The notes: a model not told the origin generated them from the letters alone. Shown: positions 18,903-29,759, counted from the first letter of the stretch. The stretch is DNA of 50,503 nucleotides from Nocardioidaceae bacterium (GCA_035296085.1 DATHBP010000199.1:1-50503), one strand, 5' to 3'. Numbers and translations: made by a program.

Positions 18903-19622
18903 GTGGCTCCGGTGCGCTGGCAGGAGCTCGTCGACGCAGCGAGCGACCTCGTCCTCGCCAGCAGCTGCGCTGGCTGCCACCGGCCCGGGCGCGCACTCTG
19001 CGAGGGCTGCGCGGAGCTGCTCCGGTCAGGCGCCGTGGTGCGCTGGCCGGAGCCGAGCCCCGCCGGGCTGCCGCCCCCCTACGCGGTGGCCGACTACGCC
19101 GGACCTGTGCGCGCGGTGCTGCTGGCGCACAAGGAGCAGGCTCGCTACCAGCTGGCTCGTCCACTCGGTGAAGCTCTCGCGTCGGCTGTCGCAGCCGGGC
19201 TGCTCGAGACGGGCGAGCCAGCTCGCGACGAGCTCGTGGTGCTGGTCCCACCGCCCTCGGTCGGCGCCGTGGTGCGCCGGCGGGGGCACGACCCGGTGCT
19301 GCGGATGGCACGCCGCGCCGCGACGGTCTTGCGACGCGGCGGTCTGCCTTGCCGCGTGACCCCGGTTCTGCGGACCGTTCGGTCCGTGGCCGATCAGGCG
19401 CAGCTGGGCGCGGCAAGCAGGAGCGAGAACCTCGCGGGCGCCTATCAAGTCCGAAGCCGCCGCCGCGCCGCGTTGTTGCGCGGCCCGGTCGTGGTGGTCG
19501 ACGACGTGATCACCACCGGGGCGACGGCCGCTGAAGCCAGCCGGGCGGTCGTGTCAGCCGGCGGGGCGGTGGTCGCGGTCGCCGTCGTGGCCGCGACCCG
19601 CAGACGTCAGCTGGTCCACTAG
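18903..19622 (+). CDS. ComF-family phosphoribosyltransferase-domain protein
   Basis: N-terminal Cys cluster CAGCHRPGRALCEGC and PRTase motif VVVVDDVITTGATAAEA. Confidence 0.85.
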   Translation: MAPVRWQELVDAASDLVLASSCAGCHRPGRALCEGCAELLRSGAVVRWPEPSPAGLPPPYAVADYAGPVRAVLLAHKEQARYQLARPLGEALASAVAAGLLETGEPARDELVVLVPPPSVGAVVRRRGHDPVLRMARRAATVLRRGGLPCRVTPVLRTVRSVADQAQLGAASRSENLAGAYQVRSRRRAALLRGPVVVVDDVITTGATAAEASRAVVSAGGAVVAVAVVAATRRRQLVH

Positions 19623-19633
19623 CGTTGACCCAT

Positions 19634-19907
19634 GGTGCCCATCCGGGTCCGTGGTTGCGTCGGTCGGCTCCGCGCTGTGCGGGTGTCCGACTGGCTAGCC
19701 GATGCCAGCCGCAGGCGAAACGGCCCACGTAAGGCGACTTATCGTCGACCGAGCACGGTGCGGTTTAGGAGTAAGTCCTGCCCCGCCGGGAGGCCAGATG
19801 CCTCCCGTCCCCGGGAGAAGGTCAGTAGTGGCGATGCAACTCTTTGTGCTGCGAACGCTTCCGCAGGCGGATGTGGGGACGAAGACCAGGTCGGCCGGGT
19901 GGGCACC
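19634..19907 (+). ncRNA. candidate structured RNA in the comF-hpf spacer (raiA-motif RNA candidate); boundaries approximate
   Basis: The 321-nt spacer has no credible ORF. 19634-19646 (GGUGCCCAUCCGG) pairs with 19895-19907 (CCGGGUGGGCACC) as a 13-bp helix with one G-U pair. The helix encloses local hairpins at 19787-19807 (8-bp stem cgggaggc/gcctcccg), 19691-19708 and 19849-19866. Context: raiA-motif RNAs are reported to lie between comFC and raiA/hpf in Bacillota and Actinomycetota. I cannot recall the consensus well enough to match it by eye. Confidence 0.5.
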
Positions 19908-19943
19908 TCGCCGTCGGGACCCGTCGAAGCAAGGAGAGCCTGA

Positions 19944-20552
19944 GTGGACGTCGTGGTCAAGGGTCGGCACGTCGATGTGTCGGATCGGTTCCGGGAACAC
20001 GCGGAAGAAAAGCTGTCGCGCTTGGAGAAGTACGACCAACGGCTGATGCGCGTCGAGGTGCAGGTCTCCGAGGAGCGCAACCCCCGGCTTGCCGCTCAGT
20101 CGCACCGAGTCGAGCTCACGTTGCGTTCGAAGGGCCCGGCGATCCGAGCCGAGGCGGCGGCCGAGGACAAGATGGCAGCCCTCGACCTCGCCCTGGAACG
20201 CCTGCAGGCCCAGCTTCGCAAGGCCGCCGACCGCCGGCGGGTCCACCACGGCACACGACGTCCGGCGGCGCTGGCCGAGGTGCTTCCGGTCGAGGTCGAC
20301 GGCCGCGTCAACGACGCGTCAACCGGCGTCGAGCCTGCCCCGGAGCAGAGCACCGATGCGGATGCCGAGCGTCCACTGGTCGTTCGAGAGAAGACCCACC
20401 AGGCGTCGCCCATGAGCATCGACCAGGCGCTCTACGAGATGGAGCTGGTGGGCCACGACTTCTACCTGTTCCATGACGCGGCGAGTGACCAGCCGGCAGT
20501 GGTCTACCGCCGGCACGGCTATGACTACGGCGTGATCCGCCTCGAGCGCTGA
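19944..20552 (+). CDS. hpf: ribosome hibernation promoting factor, long form
   Basis: The N-terminal S30AE domain begins MDVVVKGRHVDVSDRFREHAEEKLSRLEKY in the track, where the GTG start is shown as M. C-terminal dimerisation domain VREKTHQASPMSIDQALYEMELVGHDFYLFHD. AAGGAG RBS 6 nt upstream. Confidence 0.9.
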   Translation: MDVVVKGRHVDVSDRFREHAEEKLSRLEKYDQRLMRVEVQVSEERNPRLAAQSHRVELTLRSKGPAIRAEAAAEDKMAALDLALERLQAQLRKAADRRRVHHGTRRPAALAEVLPVEVDGRVNDASTGVEPAPEQSTDADAERPLVVREKTHQASPMSIDQALYEMELVGHDFYLFHDAASDQPAVVYRRHGYDYGVIRLER

Positions 20553-20561
20553 CGAGCCCGC

Positions 20562-21797
20562 GTGGCTACATCCCGACGCGCGCTCGAGCGGTTGTCGCTC
20601 GGGCAGGCACGACGCGTTGCCTTGGCGGCACAGGGGTTCGGGAGTCGGCGACCGGTGGCGCCGCCCGGAGCGCGCGCGTTGGGCCGGGTCATCGACCAGG
20701 TGGCGCTGTTTCAGATCGACTCCGTCAACGTGCTCGCACGCGCGCAGTACGTCCCCGCGTTCAGCCGGCTCGGTCCGTACGACCCGGCTCTGCTCGACCG
20801 CGCATACGGGCGCGCCCCACGGCGAATGTTCGAGTACTGGGCGCACGAGGCGTCGTTGGTCAAGGTTGACCTGCAGCCTGCGCTCCGGTTTCGGATGGCC
20901 CGAGCGGAGCGGCACGCGTGGGGTGGCATGCGTCGACTGGCCACGGAGCACCCGGGCCTCGTTCGGTGGGTACGCGAGGAGGTTGCGCAGCGTGGACCGC
21001 TGACCGCCCGAGCTCTCAGCGCCGACATCTCCGGACCCCGCCTAAAGGATGGGTGGGGCTGGAACTGGTCGGATGTGAAGACAGCGCTGGAGTGGCTGTT
21101 CTTTCGCGGCGAGGTCACCTCGGCGCGCCGCAACTCCGCCTTCGAACGCATCTACGACCTCCCGGAGCGGGTGCTCCCGGCGTCGGTGCTCGCGCTGCCC
21201 ACTCCGAGTGACTCGGCAGCGATCCGCACGTTGGTCGAGGTCGCCGCCCGGGCCCACGGCATCGCCACCGAGCGGTGCCTGCGCGACTACTTCCGCCTGG
21301 AGCCGGCAGAGACGCGTACGGCGATCGCCGATCTCGTGGAGGCGGCTGAGCTGGCACCTGTCCAGGTGCGAGGCTGGAACCGCCCGGCCTACCTGCACCG
21401 GGACGCTCGGGTGCCCCGTGCGGTGAGCGCCCGAGCTCTACTCAGCCCGTTCGACTCACTGGTCTTCGAGCGGGCGCGGATCGAGGCGCTGTTCGGCTTT
21501 CGCTATCGGATCGAGATCTACGTGCCGGCGTCGCAGCGGGTCCACGGCTACTACGTGCTGCCGTTCCTACTCGGTGACCGGCTGGTGGCGCGGGTAGACC
21601 TCAAAGCCGACCGGGTGGCGGGTCTGCTGCTCGTACGCGCCGCTCACGGCGAGGAGGGGGCGCCACCTGCCACGGCGGCGGAGCTGGCGTCCGAGCTGGT
21701 CTCGATGGCGCTATGGCTCGGGCTCAGCGATGTCCGTGTCGAGCCTCGCGGCGACCTAGCCCCCGACCTGTCCGACGAGATAGCGGTCCAGCGCTGA
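20562..21797 (+). CDS. YcaQ-family winged-helix DNA glycosylase-like protein (HTH_42 / DUF1006)
   Basis: [16 protein letters not shown]...[27 protein letters not shown]...[11 protein letters not shown]...[36 protein letters not shown] closely parallels E. coli YcaQ as I remember it (LLQIDTINIVARS, EYWAHEA, YGYFVLP). Confidence 0.75.
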   Translation: MATSRRALERLSLGQARRVALAAQGFGSRRPVAPPGARALGRVIDQVALFQIDSVNVLARAQYVPAFSRLGPYDPALLDRAYGRAPRRMFEYWAHEASLVKVDLQPALRFRMARAERHAWGGMRRLATEHPGLVRWVREEVAQRGPLTARALSADISGPRLKDGWGWNWSDVKTALEWLFFRGEVTSARRNSAFERIYDLPERVLPASVLALPTPSDSAAIRTLVEVAARAHGIATERCLRDYFRLEPAETRTAIADLVEAAELAPVQVRGWNRPAYLHRDARVPRAVSARALLSPFDSLVFERARIEALFGFRYRIEIYVPASQRVHGYYVLPFLLGDRLVARVDLKADRVAGLLLVRAAHGEEGAPPATAAELASELVSMALWLGLSDVRVEPRGDLAPDLSDEIAVQR

Positions 21798-21911
21798 GGC
21801 CGTCCGTCGTCGCCTACGATGGCCAGTGCTGTGGTGGCCGCTACCGCCCGGTCGCACCGCCCCGGCTGTCGGTCCCGATAGTCGACGCCTAGCAACCAGG
21901 AGTCCGAGCTC

Positions 21912-24758
<2,847 letters not shown>

Positions 24759-24761
24759 GGC

Positions 24762-25328
24762 TCAGGCGAGCTCCAGCGCGGTGCACAGCCACCGATCACG
24801 GACGACCTCGAGTCGGGCGGCGACTGCCCTCGACCGCGCGCCGTGCCTGATGTGCACGGCAACCTCGGCCACGCCGTCGAGGGGCTGGCAGATGTGCACC
24901 GAGCGCACCTGAGGGCGGTTGACCCTGCTCCGGGTGGATGCGGTGCTGGTGACGCCGAGGATACGCACTCGACGGCTCACGTCCAGGTAGACCTCGTGGT
25001 CGGTCCAGCGGATGAGCTGCGTCACCGGGCGGTCGCCGCCGATGACCTCGGCGACGGCCTGCACGAAACGCGCCGCCCAGTCCCGCACGTCGGGGAGCCC
25101 CGCCGGCGTCGAGCACCGTGACCGACCGCCCGGCAGCACGGCAAGAGCCGGCGCCGCGGGGACAGCCGGAACCCCAGATGACAGCCGGAAGTCCAGTGCC
25201 AGGGCGCCCTGTGCATAGGTCGGGCCGGGTGCCTTGGTAGTACGGAACTCGTCGTCGCGTCCGCCGGCTGCGTAGAGCCGCCGGATCTGCACCGGTTGCC
25301 GGGAGTCGAAGCTCGGAGCAGATGTCAT
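24762..25328 (-). CDS. Rv3235-family protein (DUF6459-like), function unknown
   Basis: Track ORF 24762..25985 trimmed to the ATG at 25328-25326 (MTSAPSFDS...). The core RDWAARFVQAVAEVIGGDRPVTQLIRWTDHEVYLDVSRRV...VRSVHICQPLDGVAEVAVHIRHGARSRAVAARLE is typical of the family encoded next to secA in actinobacteria. Confidence 0.75.
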   Translation of the reverse strand: MTSAPSFDSRQPVQIRRLYAAGGRDDEFRTTKAPGPTYAQGALALDFRLSSGVPAVPAAPALAVLPGGRSRCSTPAGLPDVRDWAARFVQAVAEVIGGDRPVTQLIRWTDHEVYLDVSRRVRILGVTSTASTRSRVNRPQVRSVHICQPLDGVAEVAVHIRHGARSRAVAARLEVVRDRWLCTALELA

Positions 25329-26008
25329 CGTTGCCTCCAGGGGAGAGGGATGTGCGGTGGCCACAGCACCGTGCCGGGCAGAATGTGGTCTGCGTCGGGG
25401 CCGATCGCTCGCCGGTTGGCGCGGTACCACGCCGGCCATGCAGCGGCGGTCGCCGCCGCGTCGGCACGGCGTCCGAGCTGCGCGGCGGCAATGCCCCACA
25501 GCGAGTCGCCCAGGCGTACGACGACCGGCTCTTGGGAACCGCAGCCAGCGGCCGGCCGGTCCGGGTAGGGCAGCCCGTCGAGGCGGGCTGAAGGTTGCCG
25601 GTCGTCCTGCGCGGTCAGGGTCGCTAACCCGGTCTCGGCGGCTGGCCGCCCAGCCACCGGGGCAGCGGTGATCTCGGCACCGGCCGGTCCGGCCAGGTTC
25701 ACCGCCGCCACCGCCGTACCCAGTGCGCTCACCACAGCGCGTCGCCACCAGCCGGGCACCAGGTAGCGGGTCGCCTGCGCGACAACCTGGGCGCCCCCCG
25801 ATCGACCGGCCGCCACCACCGCGAGGACTGCCCCCACGCTGAGCCACGCGTGCAGCACCGCTCCGACGAGCGACAGGGCAGCGATCAGAAGCTCGGTGAA
25901 ACCCGCAGTCGCTGCCGCCGAACCGAAGGTGGCGGGGGTTGACCACGGCGAAGCCCAGATGAGGGCAACCCCGGATGCGGCCCACACTGGCAGCCCTAGG
26001 AGATACAT
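25325..26008 (-). CDS. membrane-anchored LysM domain protein
   Basis: Three N-terminal hydrophobic segments, an Ala/Pro linker, and a C-terminal LysM-like segment VVVRLGDSLWGIAAAQLG...AWYRANRRAIGPDADHILPGTVL. Its stop overlaps the start of the Rv3235-family gene (ATGA). Confidence 0.8.
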   Translation of the reverse strand: MYLLGLPVWAASGVALIWASPWSTPATFGSAAATAGFTELLIAALSLVGAVLHAWLSVGAVLAVVAAGRSGGAQVVAQATRYLVPGWWRRAVVSALGTAVAAVNLAGPAGAEITAAPVAGRPAAETGLATLTAQDDRQPSARLDGLPYPDRPAAGCGSQEPVVVRLGDSLWGIAAAQLGRRADAAATAAAWPAWYRANRRAIGPDADHILPGTVLWPPHIPLPWRQR

Positions 26009-26083
26009 TGCGCTTCCGTTCGTTTAACTGTGTTTACGTGTGTATACCTTGCACGAGCGCTACTAGCAACCCGGAGGTGGGGT

Positions 26084-26092
26084 TCCTGTGGA
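26084..26092 (+). promoter_or_regulatory. TCCTGTGGA motif copy A, 68 nt upstream of ORF 26160
   Basis: Exact 9-mer within ggggTTCCTGTGGAGACGTCgcg. See the findings for the other copies. Confidence 0.4.
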
Positions 26093-26159
26093 GACGTCGC
26101 GCCCAGTCGATGCCTCCCCGCCGCTCGGCTGCGGTCGAGGGTTGGTCTAGCGTCCGGAT

Positions 26160-26717
26160 ATGCGCTGGGACGAGCTGTTCGCGGACCTCGAGCTCCAGCT
26201 CGCCGCGACCGACGAGGCCGAACGCGACACCGAGGTGGCCGAGCGAACCCGCATCGAAGACAGCGCGATCAGCTGGCGCCAGCGGCTTCGTGCCCACGTG
26301 GGCGAGGACCTCGAGGTCGAGGTTCGCTCGCTCGGGCGGCTCCATGGATCGTTGGCGCGTGTAGGAGCCGACTTCACGCTCATCACCGCGCAGGGGAAAG
26401 GGTTCCTTGTCCCGTTAGCCGCCGTTGTCGCGGTCCGCGGTCTAGGAAACGCGGCGGACACGACCCCGGCGGGTGCGGCGTCTCGGCTCGGCCTCAGCTC
26501 GGCACTGCGAACGCTGGCTCGAAGACGTGCCGTTGTGACGGTCTACCGGGTAGACGGCCACGCGCTGACGGGCACGCCCGCGCGGGTGGGCAGCGACTAC
26601 GTAGAGCTTGCCGTCCACGCGGTCGAGGACGGACCGCGGCAGGGGGCGGTCAGCTCACGACGAGTCGTCCCGTTCCCCGCCGTCGTCGCCGTGCGGCTCG
26701 CCGACGGCTGGCCGTGA
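26160..26717 (+). CDS. hypothetical protein with an acidic helical N-terminus and an internal duplication
   Basis: 185 aa, ATG start, good GC3. Two related modules: aa 65-94 (LARVGADFTLI...FLVPLAAVVAVRGL) and aa 140-180 (PARVGSDYVEL...RVVPFPAVVAVRL). I recognise no named family. Confidence 0.65.
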   Translation: MRWDELFADLELQLAATDEAERDTEVAERTRIEDSAISWRQRLRAHVGEDLEVEVRSLGRLHGSLARVGADFTLITAQGKGFLVPLAAVVAVRGLGNAADTTPAGAASRLGLSSALRTLARRRAVVTVYRVDGHALTGTPARVGSDYVELAVHAVEDGPRQGAVSSRRVVPFPAVVAVRLADGWP

Positions 26718-26721
26718 CGCT

Positions 26722-26979
26722 TCATCTGCGGGTGGGAGCGTCGTCCTCGTCCTCCGCTCCGAACGGATGGCTTGTGATGAACTCGGAGGTCTCGTCGTAG
26801 GAGCGCTCGATGTATGCGTCGAGCTGGCTCTCCTCGACGCGCCACTGGCCCCGCCCGCCGATCTTGATCGCCTTGAGGTCGCCGCGGCGGACGAGGGCGT
26901 AGACCTGTGCGGCCGAGATGTTCAAGATCTCCGCGACATCGGCGAGCTGGAGGAACCGGGTGCGGTCGCCAGGTGCCAT
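26722..26979 (-). CDS. excisionase-family (MerR-like) helix-turn-helix DNA-binding protein
   Basis: Track ORF trimmed to the ATG at 26979-26977. MAPGDRTRFLQLADVAEILNISAAQVYALVRRGDLKAIKIGGRGQWRVEESQLDAYIERSY, followed by an acidic tail. Confidence 0.8.
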   Translation of the reverse strand: MAPGDRTRFLQLADVAEILNISAAQVYALVRRGDLKAIKIGGRGQWRVEESQLDAYIERSYDETSEFITSHPFGAEDEDDAPTRR

Positions 26980-27005
26980 GGGGGTCAGTGTGGCAGAAGG
27001 GACAT

Positions 27006-27050
27006 CCGGCGGACCGACTTCCGCCGGTCCTGTGGACGTCCCTGTGGACG
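27006..27050 (+). promoter_or_regulatory. composite operator-like element: 8-bp inverted repeat followed by tandem (T)CCTGTGGACG direct repeats
   Basis: ccggcgga-ccgact-tccgccgg (27006-27027) is followed by TCCTGTGGACG (27028-27038) and TCCCTGTGGACG (27039-27050), a 12-bp period. It lies in the 112-nt divergent region between the HTH gene and the SAF gene. Confidence 0.5.
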
Positions 27051-27091
27051 GCGCTGGAGGTCGGCTCTGCAGCCATCGGCACAATGTGGCC

Positions 27092-27751
27092 GTGACGCAG
27101 CCGGGGACAGGTGAGCACACCGACTCGCCATGGGCTCGACGCCTATCGCCGGCGCGATGGCGCGATCCCCGACTGGTGCTGGGGCTGGTGCTCGTCGCCG
27201 TCTGCGCGGTCGTCGGTGCTCGATTACTCGCGGGCGCTGACGACTACGCCCTGGTGTGGTCCGCCACTCGAGAGCTGTCCGCCGGCTCCCGGCTGGACTC
27301 AGAGGCGGTTCAGCCCCATCCCATCCGTTTTCGCAGCCAGGAAGACGCCGATCGCTATCTCAGCACCGACCAGTCGCTGATCGGCGCCGTCTTGTCCCGA
27401 CCGCTCGGCGCCGGTGAGCTCATCCCCAGCTCCGCGATAGCGACAGCGGGCGGTAACCGCGTCGATGAGCTGCCACTCGGCGTTGCAGCGGGGGCGGTGC
27501 CAGCCGGCCTTCGACAAGGTGACCGGGTCGACGTCTGGGTGGTTCCGGCCGGACCCGACGATCGGCGCACGACAGCCAGCCGCGTGCTGAGCTCCGTACT
27601 CGTCGTCTCCGCAGGGGCCGGACAAGCCGGTATCGGCAGCACCGGTCTTCGCACGGTTGTGGTGGGCGTCGATCATGACGACCGCCAGCTCTCCTCCGTG
27701 CTTCCCGCTCTCACCGGCGGAGACGTCGTCCTCGTCCGGCTGGGAGCGTGA
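27092..27751 (+). CDS. SAF-domain / CpaB(RcpC)-like pilus assembly protein with an N-terminal TM anchor
   Basis: Track ORF trimmed to the in-frame GTG at 27092. TM segment LVLGLVLVAVCAVVGARLL, SAF-like VWSATRELSAGSRLDSEAV, C-terminal LPLGVAAGAVPAGLRQGDRVDVWVV. CACAAT sits 7-12 nt upstream of the GTG, so the mRNA may be leaderless. Confidence 0.7.
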   Translation: MTQPGTGEHTDSPWARRLSPARWRDPRLVLGLVLVAVCAVVGARLLAGADDYALVWSATRELSAGSRLDSEAVQPHPIRFRSQEDADRYLSTDQSLIGAVLSRPLGAGELIPSSAIATAGGNRVDELPLGVAAGAVPAGLRQGDRVDVWVVPAGPDDRRTTASRVLSSVLVVSAGAGQAGIGSTGLRTVVVGVDHDDRQLSSVLPALTGGDVVLVRLGA

Positions 27752-29034
27752 CCGTGCGGCTCCCGATGCTGGTGGCCGTGGCCGGAGCCCCGTGGGAGTC
27801 GGTGCTGGTCAGCGCATTGGACGGGGCGCGAGCGGACGTGCAGGTTGCGCGGCGTTGCGTCGACGTTGCCGACCTGCTCGCTGCGGCTGCCACCGGTCAG
27901 GCCCGAGTGGCGTTGGTGAGCGCCTTCCTGGGAGGGCTCGACGTCGACGTCGTCGACCGGCTCCTCCAAGCCGGTGTCCAGCCAGTGGGTGTCGTCACGC
28001 CGGGGTCGACCGCAGAGGCCGACCAGCTGCGCAGGATCGGCGTCGTCGACCGGGTAGACGCCGATGCGGTGGACGACATCACGACCGTCGTACGCGGGCT
28101 CGGATCACGCCGCGGCTCAGCCGGGGGAAGTGCCACGGCGGGAGAGCCCGGCGACACTCCCGCGGGCTCCTCCGGCCCCCGCGGCCAGCTCGTTGCCGTG
28201 TGGGGGCCCGCCGGTGGGCCGGGGCGCAGCACTCTCGCTCTCACGTTGGCCGCTGAGCTTGCGACGCTCGGTGAGCCCACGCTGCTGATCGACGCAGACG
28301 TCTACGGCGGCTCGATCGCGCAGATGTTGGCCATGCTCGACGAGTCGTCGGGCCTGCTCGCCGCGGCCCGTGCCGCGAACACCGGACGACTCGACGCCGA
28401 TGTGCTCGCGCGGCACGCGCGACGGCTGACCCCAACCCTACGAGTGCTGACCGGTCTGCCGCGCGCTGACCGCTGGCTGCAGCTGCGGCCAGCGGCCCTG
28501 TCCGGTGTGCTGGAAGCAGCCCGGTCCCTCGCCGCCTTTACCGTCGTTGATCTCGGCTTCTGTCTGGAACAGGGCGAGGAGCTCAGCTTCGACACCGCCG
28601 CGCCGAGGCGCAACGGCGCGACACTATTGACCCTGGAGAAGGCCGATCTAGTGCTCGCCGTCGGTGCGGCCGACCCCGTCGGGTTGGCGCGACTGTGCAG
28701 GGGGCTGCTGGATCTCACCGAGGTCGTACCCGGCGTGTCAGTGCGCGTGCTGGTCAACCGGATGCGCCCGACGCTGGGCTGGACCGAGCGCGAGGTAGCG
28801 GCGATGGTCTCGCGCTTCACCGGCTGGGAGCCGGTCGGCTTCCTTCCGGCCGACCCGCAGGGGTGCGACAGAGCTCTCGTACAGGGCCGTCTGCTCTGCG
28901 AGGCCGCGCCGGACTCGACGTTGCGCCGCGCGGTGCGCAAGCTGGCCTGCGACGTCGCTGGTTTAGACCTGTCGGCTCGGCGCGTCGGCGTTCGCACCGC
29001 CTCGCTCGGCCGCACCAGGCGAGTTGCCACTTAG
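27748..29034 (+). CDS. TadZ/CpaE-like MinD/ParA-superfamily protein (Ssd/Rv3660c-like) with a degenerate Walker A
   Basis: N-terminal receiver-like domain without the acidic pocket (MLVAVAGAPWESVLV), a Gly/Ser linker, then VAVWGPAGGPGRSTLALTLAAELATLGEPTLLIDADVYGG. The GTG start overlaps the SAF stop (GTGA). Confidence 0.75.
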   Translation: MTVRLPMLVAVAGAPWESVLVSALDGARADVQVARRCVDVADLLAAAATGQARVALVSAFLGGLDVDVVDRLLQAGVQPVGVVTPGSTAEADQLRRIGVVDRVDADAVDDITTVVRGLGSRRGSAGGSATAGEPGDTPAGSSGPRGQLVAVWGPAGGPGRSTLALTLAAELATLGEPTLLIDADVYGGSIAQMLAMLDESSGLLAAARAANTGRLDADVLARHARRLTPTLRVLTGLPRADRWLQLRPAALSGVLEAARSLAAFTVVDLGFCLEQGEELSFDTAAPRRNGATLLTLEKADLVLAVGAADPVGLARLCRGLLDLTEVVPGVSVRVLVNRMRPTLGWTEREVAAMVSRFTGWEPVGFLPADPQGCDRALVQGRLLCEAAPDSTLRRAVRKLACDVAGLDLSARRVGVRTASLGRTRRVAT

Positions 29035-29043
29035 GCTGCTGCC

Positions 29044-29712
29044 GTGAACGCTGGCAAGGACGCGTCGGCGCTGCGCGGCCTGATCGTCGACTGGGGCGGC
29101 GTGCTGACCGAGCGGCTCGACCTAGCCGGTGCCGGGTGGGCCCAGAGCGAGGGTTTCGACTTCGAGCAGTACGTCGAGGTGCTGACCAGCTGGGTGGGGC
29201 CTGCCTACCAGCTGGAGGCCCGCGCCAACCCCGTGCATGCGCTGGAGCGTGGCGAGATGACGGTGCCCGACTTCGAAGCGGAGCTCGCCGCGAAGCTGGA
29301 CAGCACCACCGGGACTACTGCCATCCGCGCCGAAGGCCTGCTGGAGCGGATGTTCGCCCACTTCGAAAGTGCGCACGCAATGAACGCTCTCGTCCGGCGC
29401 GCGCACTCGAGCGGAATACGCACTGCGCTGCTGTCGAACTCGTGGGGGAACGCCTACCCACGCGATGGCTGGGAGGACATGTTCGACGCCGTCGTCATCT
29501 CCGGCGAGGTCGGCCTCCGCAAACCTGAACCGGAGATCTTCTGGTTGACGTGTAAGCAGATCGGCCTCGCGCCACACGAGTGCGTCTTCGTCGACGACAT
29601 GGTGCTCAACGTAGAGTCCGCCCGAGAGCTCGGCATGGTCGCGATCGAGCACCGCACGTATGCGGAAACAGCCGCCGAGCTGGAGCGACTGTTCGGCCGA
29701 CCTTTGGCCTAG
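29044..29712 (+). CDS. HAD-family hydrolase (epoxide-hydrolase-N-terminal-like phosphatase subgroup; Rv3661-like position)
   Basis: Motif I LIVDWGGVLT, motif II LLSNS, motif IV CVFVDDMVLNVESA. Confidence 0.75.
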   Translation: MNAGKDASALRGLIVDWGGVLTERLDLAGAGWAQSEGFDFEQYVEVLTSWVGPAYQLEARANPVHALERGEMTVPDFEAELAAKLDSTTGTTAIRAEGLLERMFAHFESAHAMNALVRRAHSSGIRTALLSNSWGNAYPRDGWEDMFDAVVISGEVGLRKPEPEIFWLTCKQIGLAPHECVFVDDMVLNVESARELGMVAIEHRTYAETAAELERLFGRPLA

Positions 29713-29759
29713 CGGGTGCCGGAGTTGTCCACAAGCGCACAATCAGGAAGTGTGTAGCC

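Noticed and set aside
26722-26979. Excisionase-family HTH as a marker of a prophage or integrative element
   Set aside because: There is no integrase, att-like repeat, tRNA, phage gene or compositional break nearby. The gene sits in a conserved core-synteny context, so it is a chromosomal regulator rather than a mobile-element Xis.
28963-28965. Rare TTA (Leu) codons in the TadZ-like gene (28963-28965) and in tadA (40084-40086) as a possible bldA-type developmental control signal
   Set aside because: A TTA codon also occurs in the housekeeping manB (8567-8569), so TTA is not restricted to the tad genes here. The organism is also not demonstrably a streptomycete.
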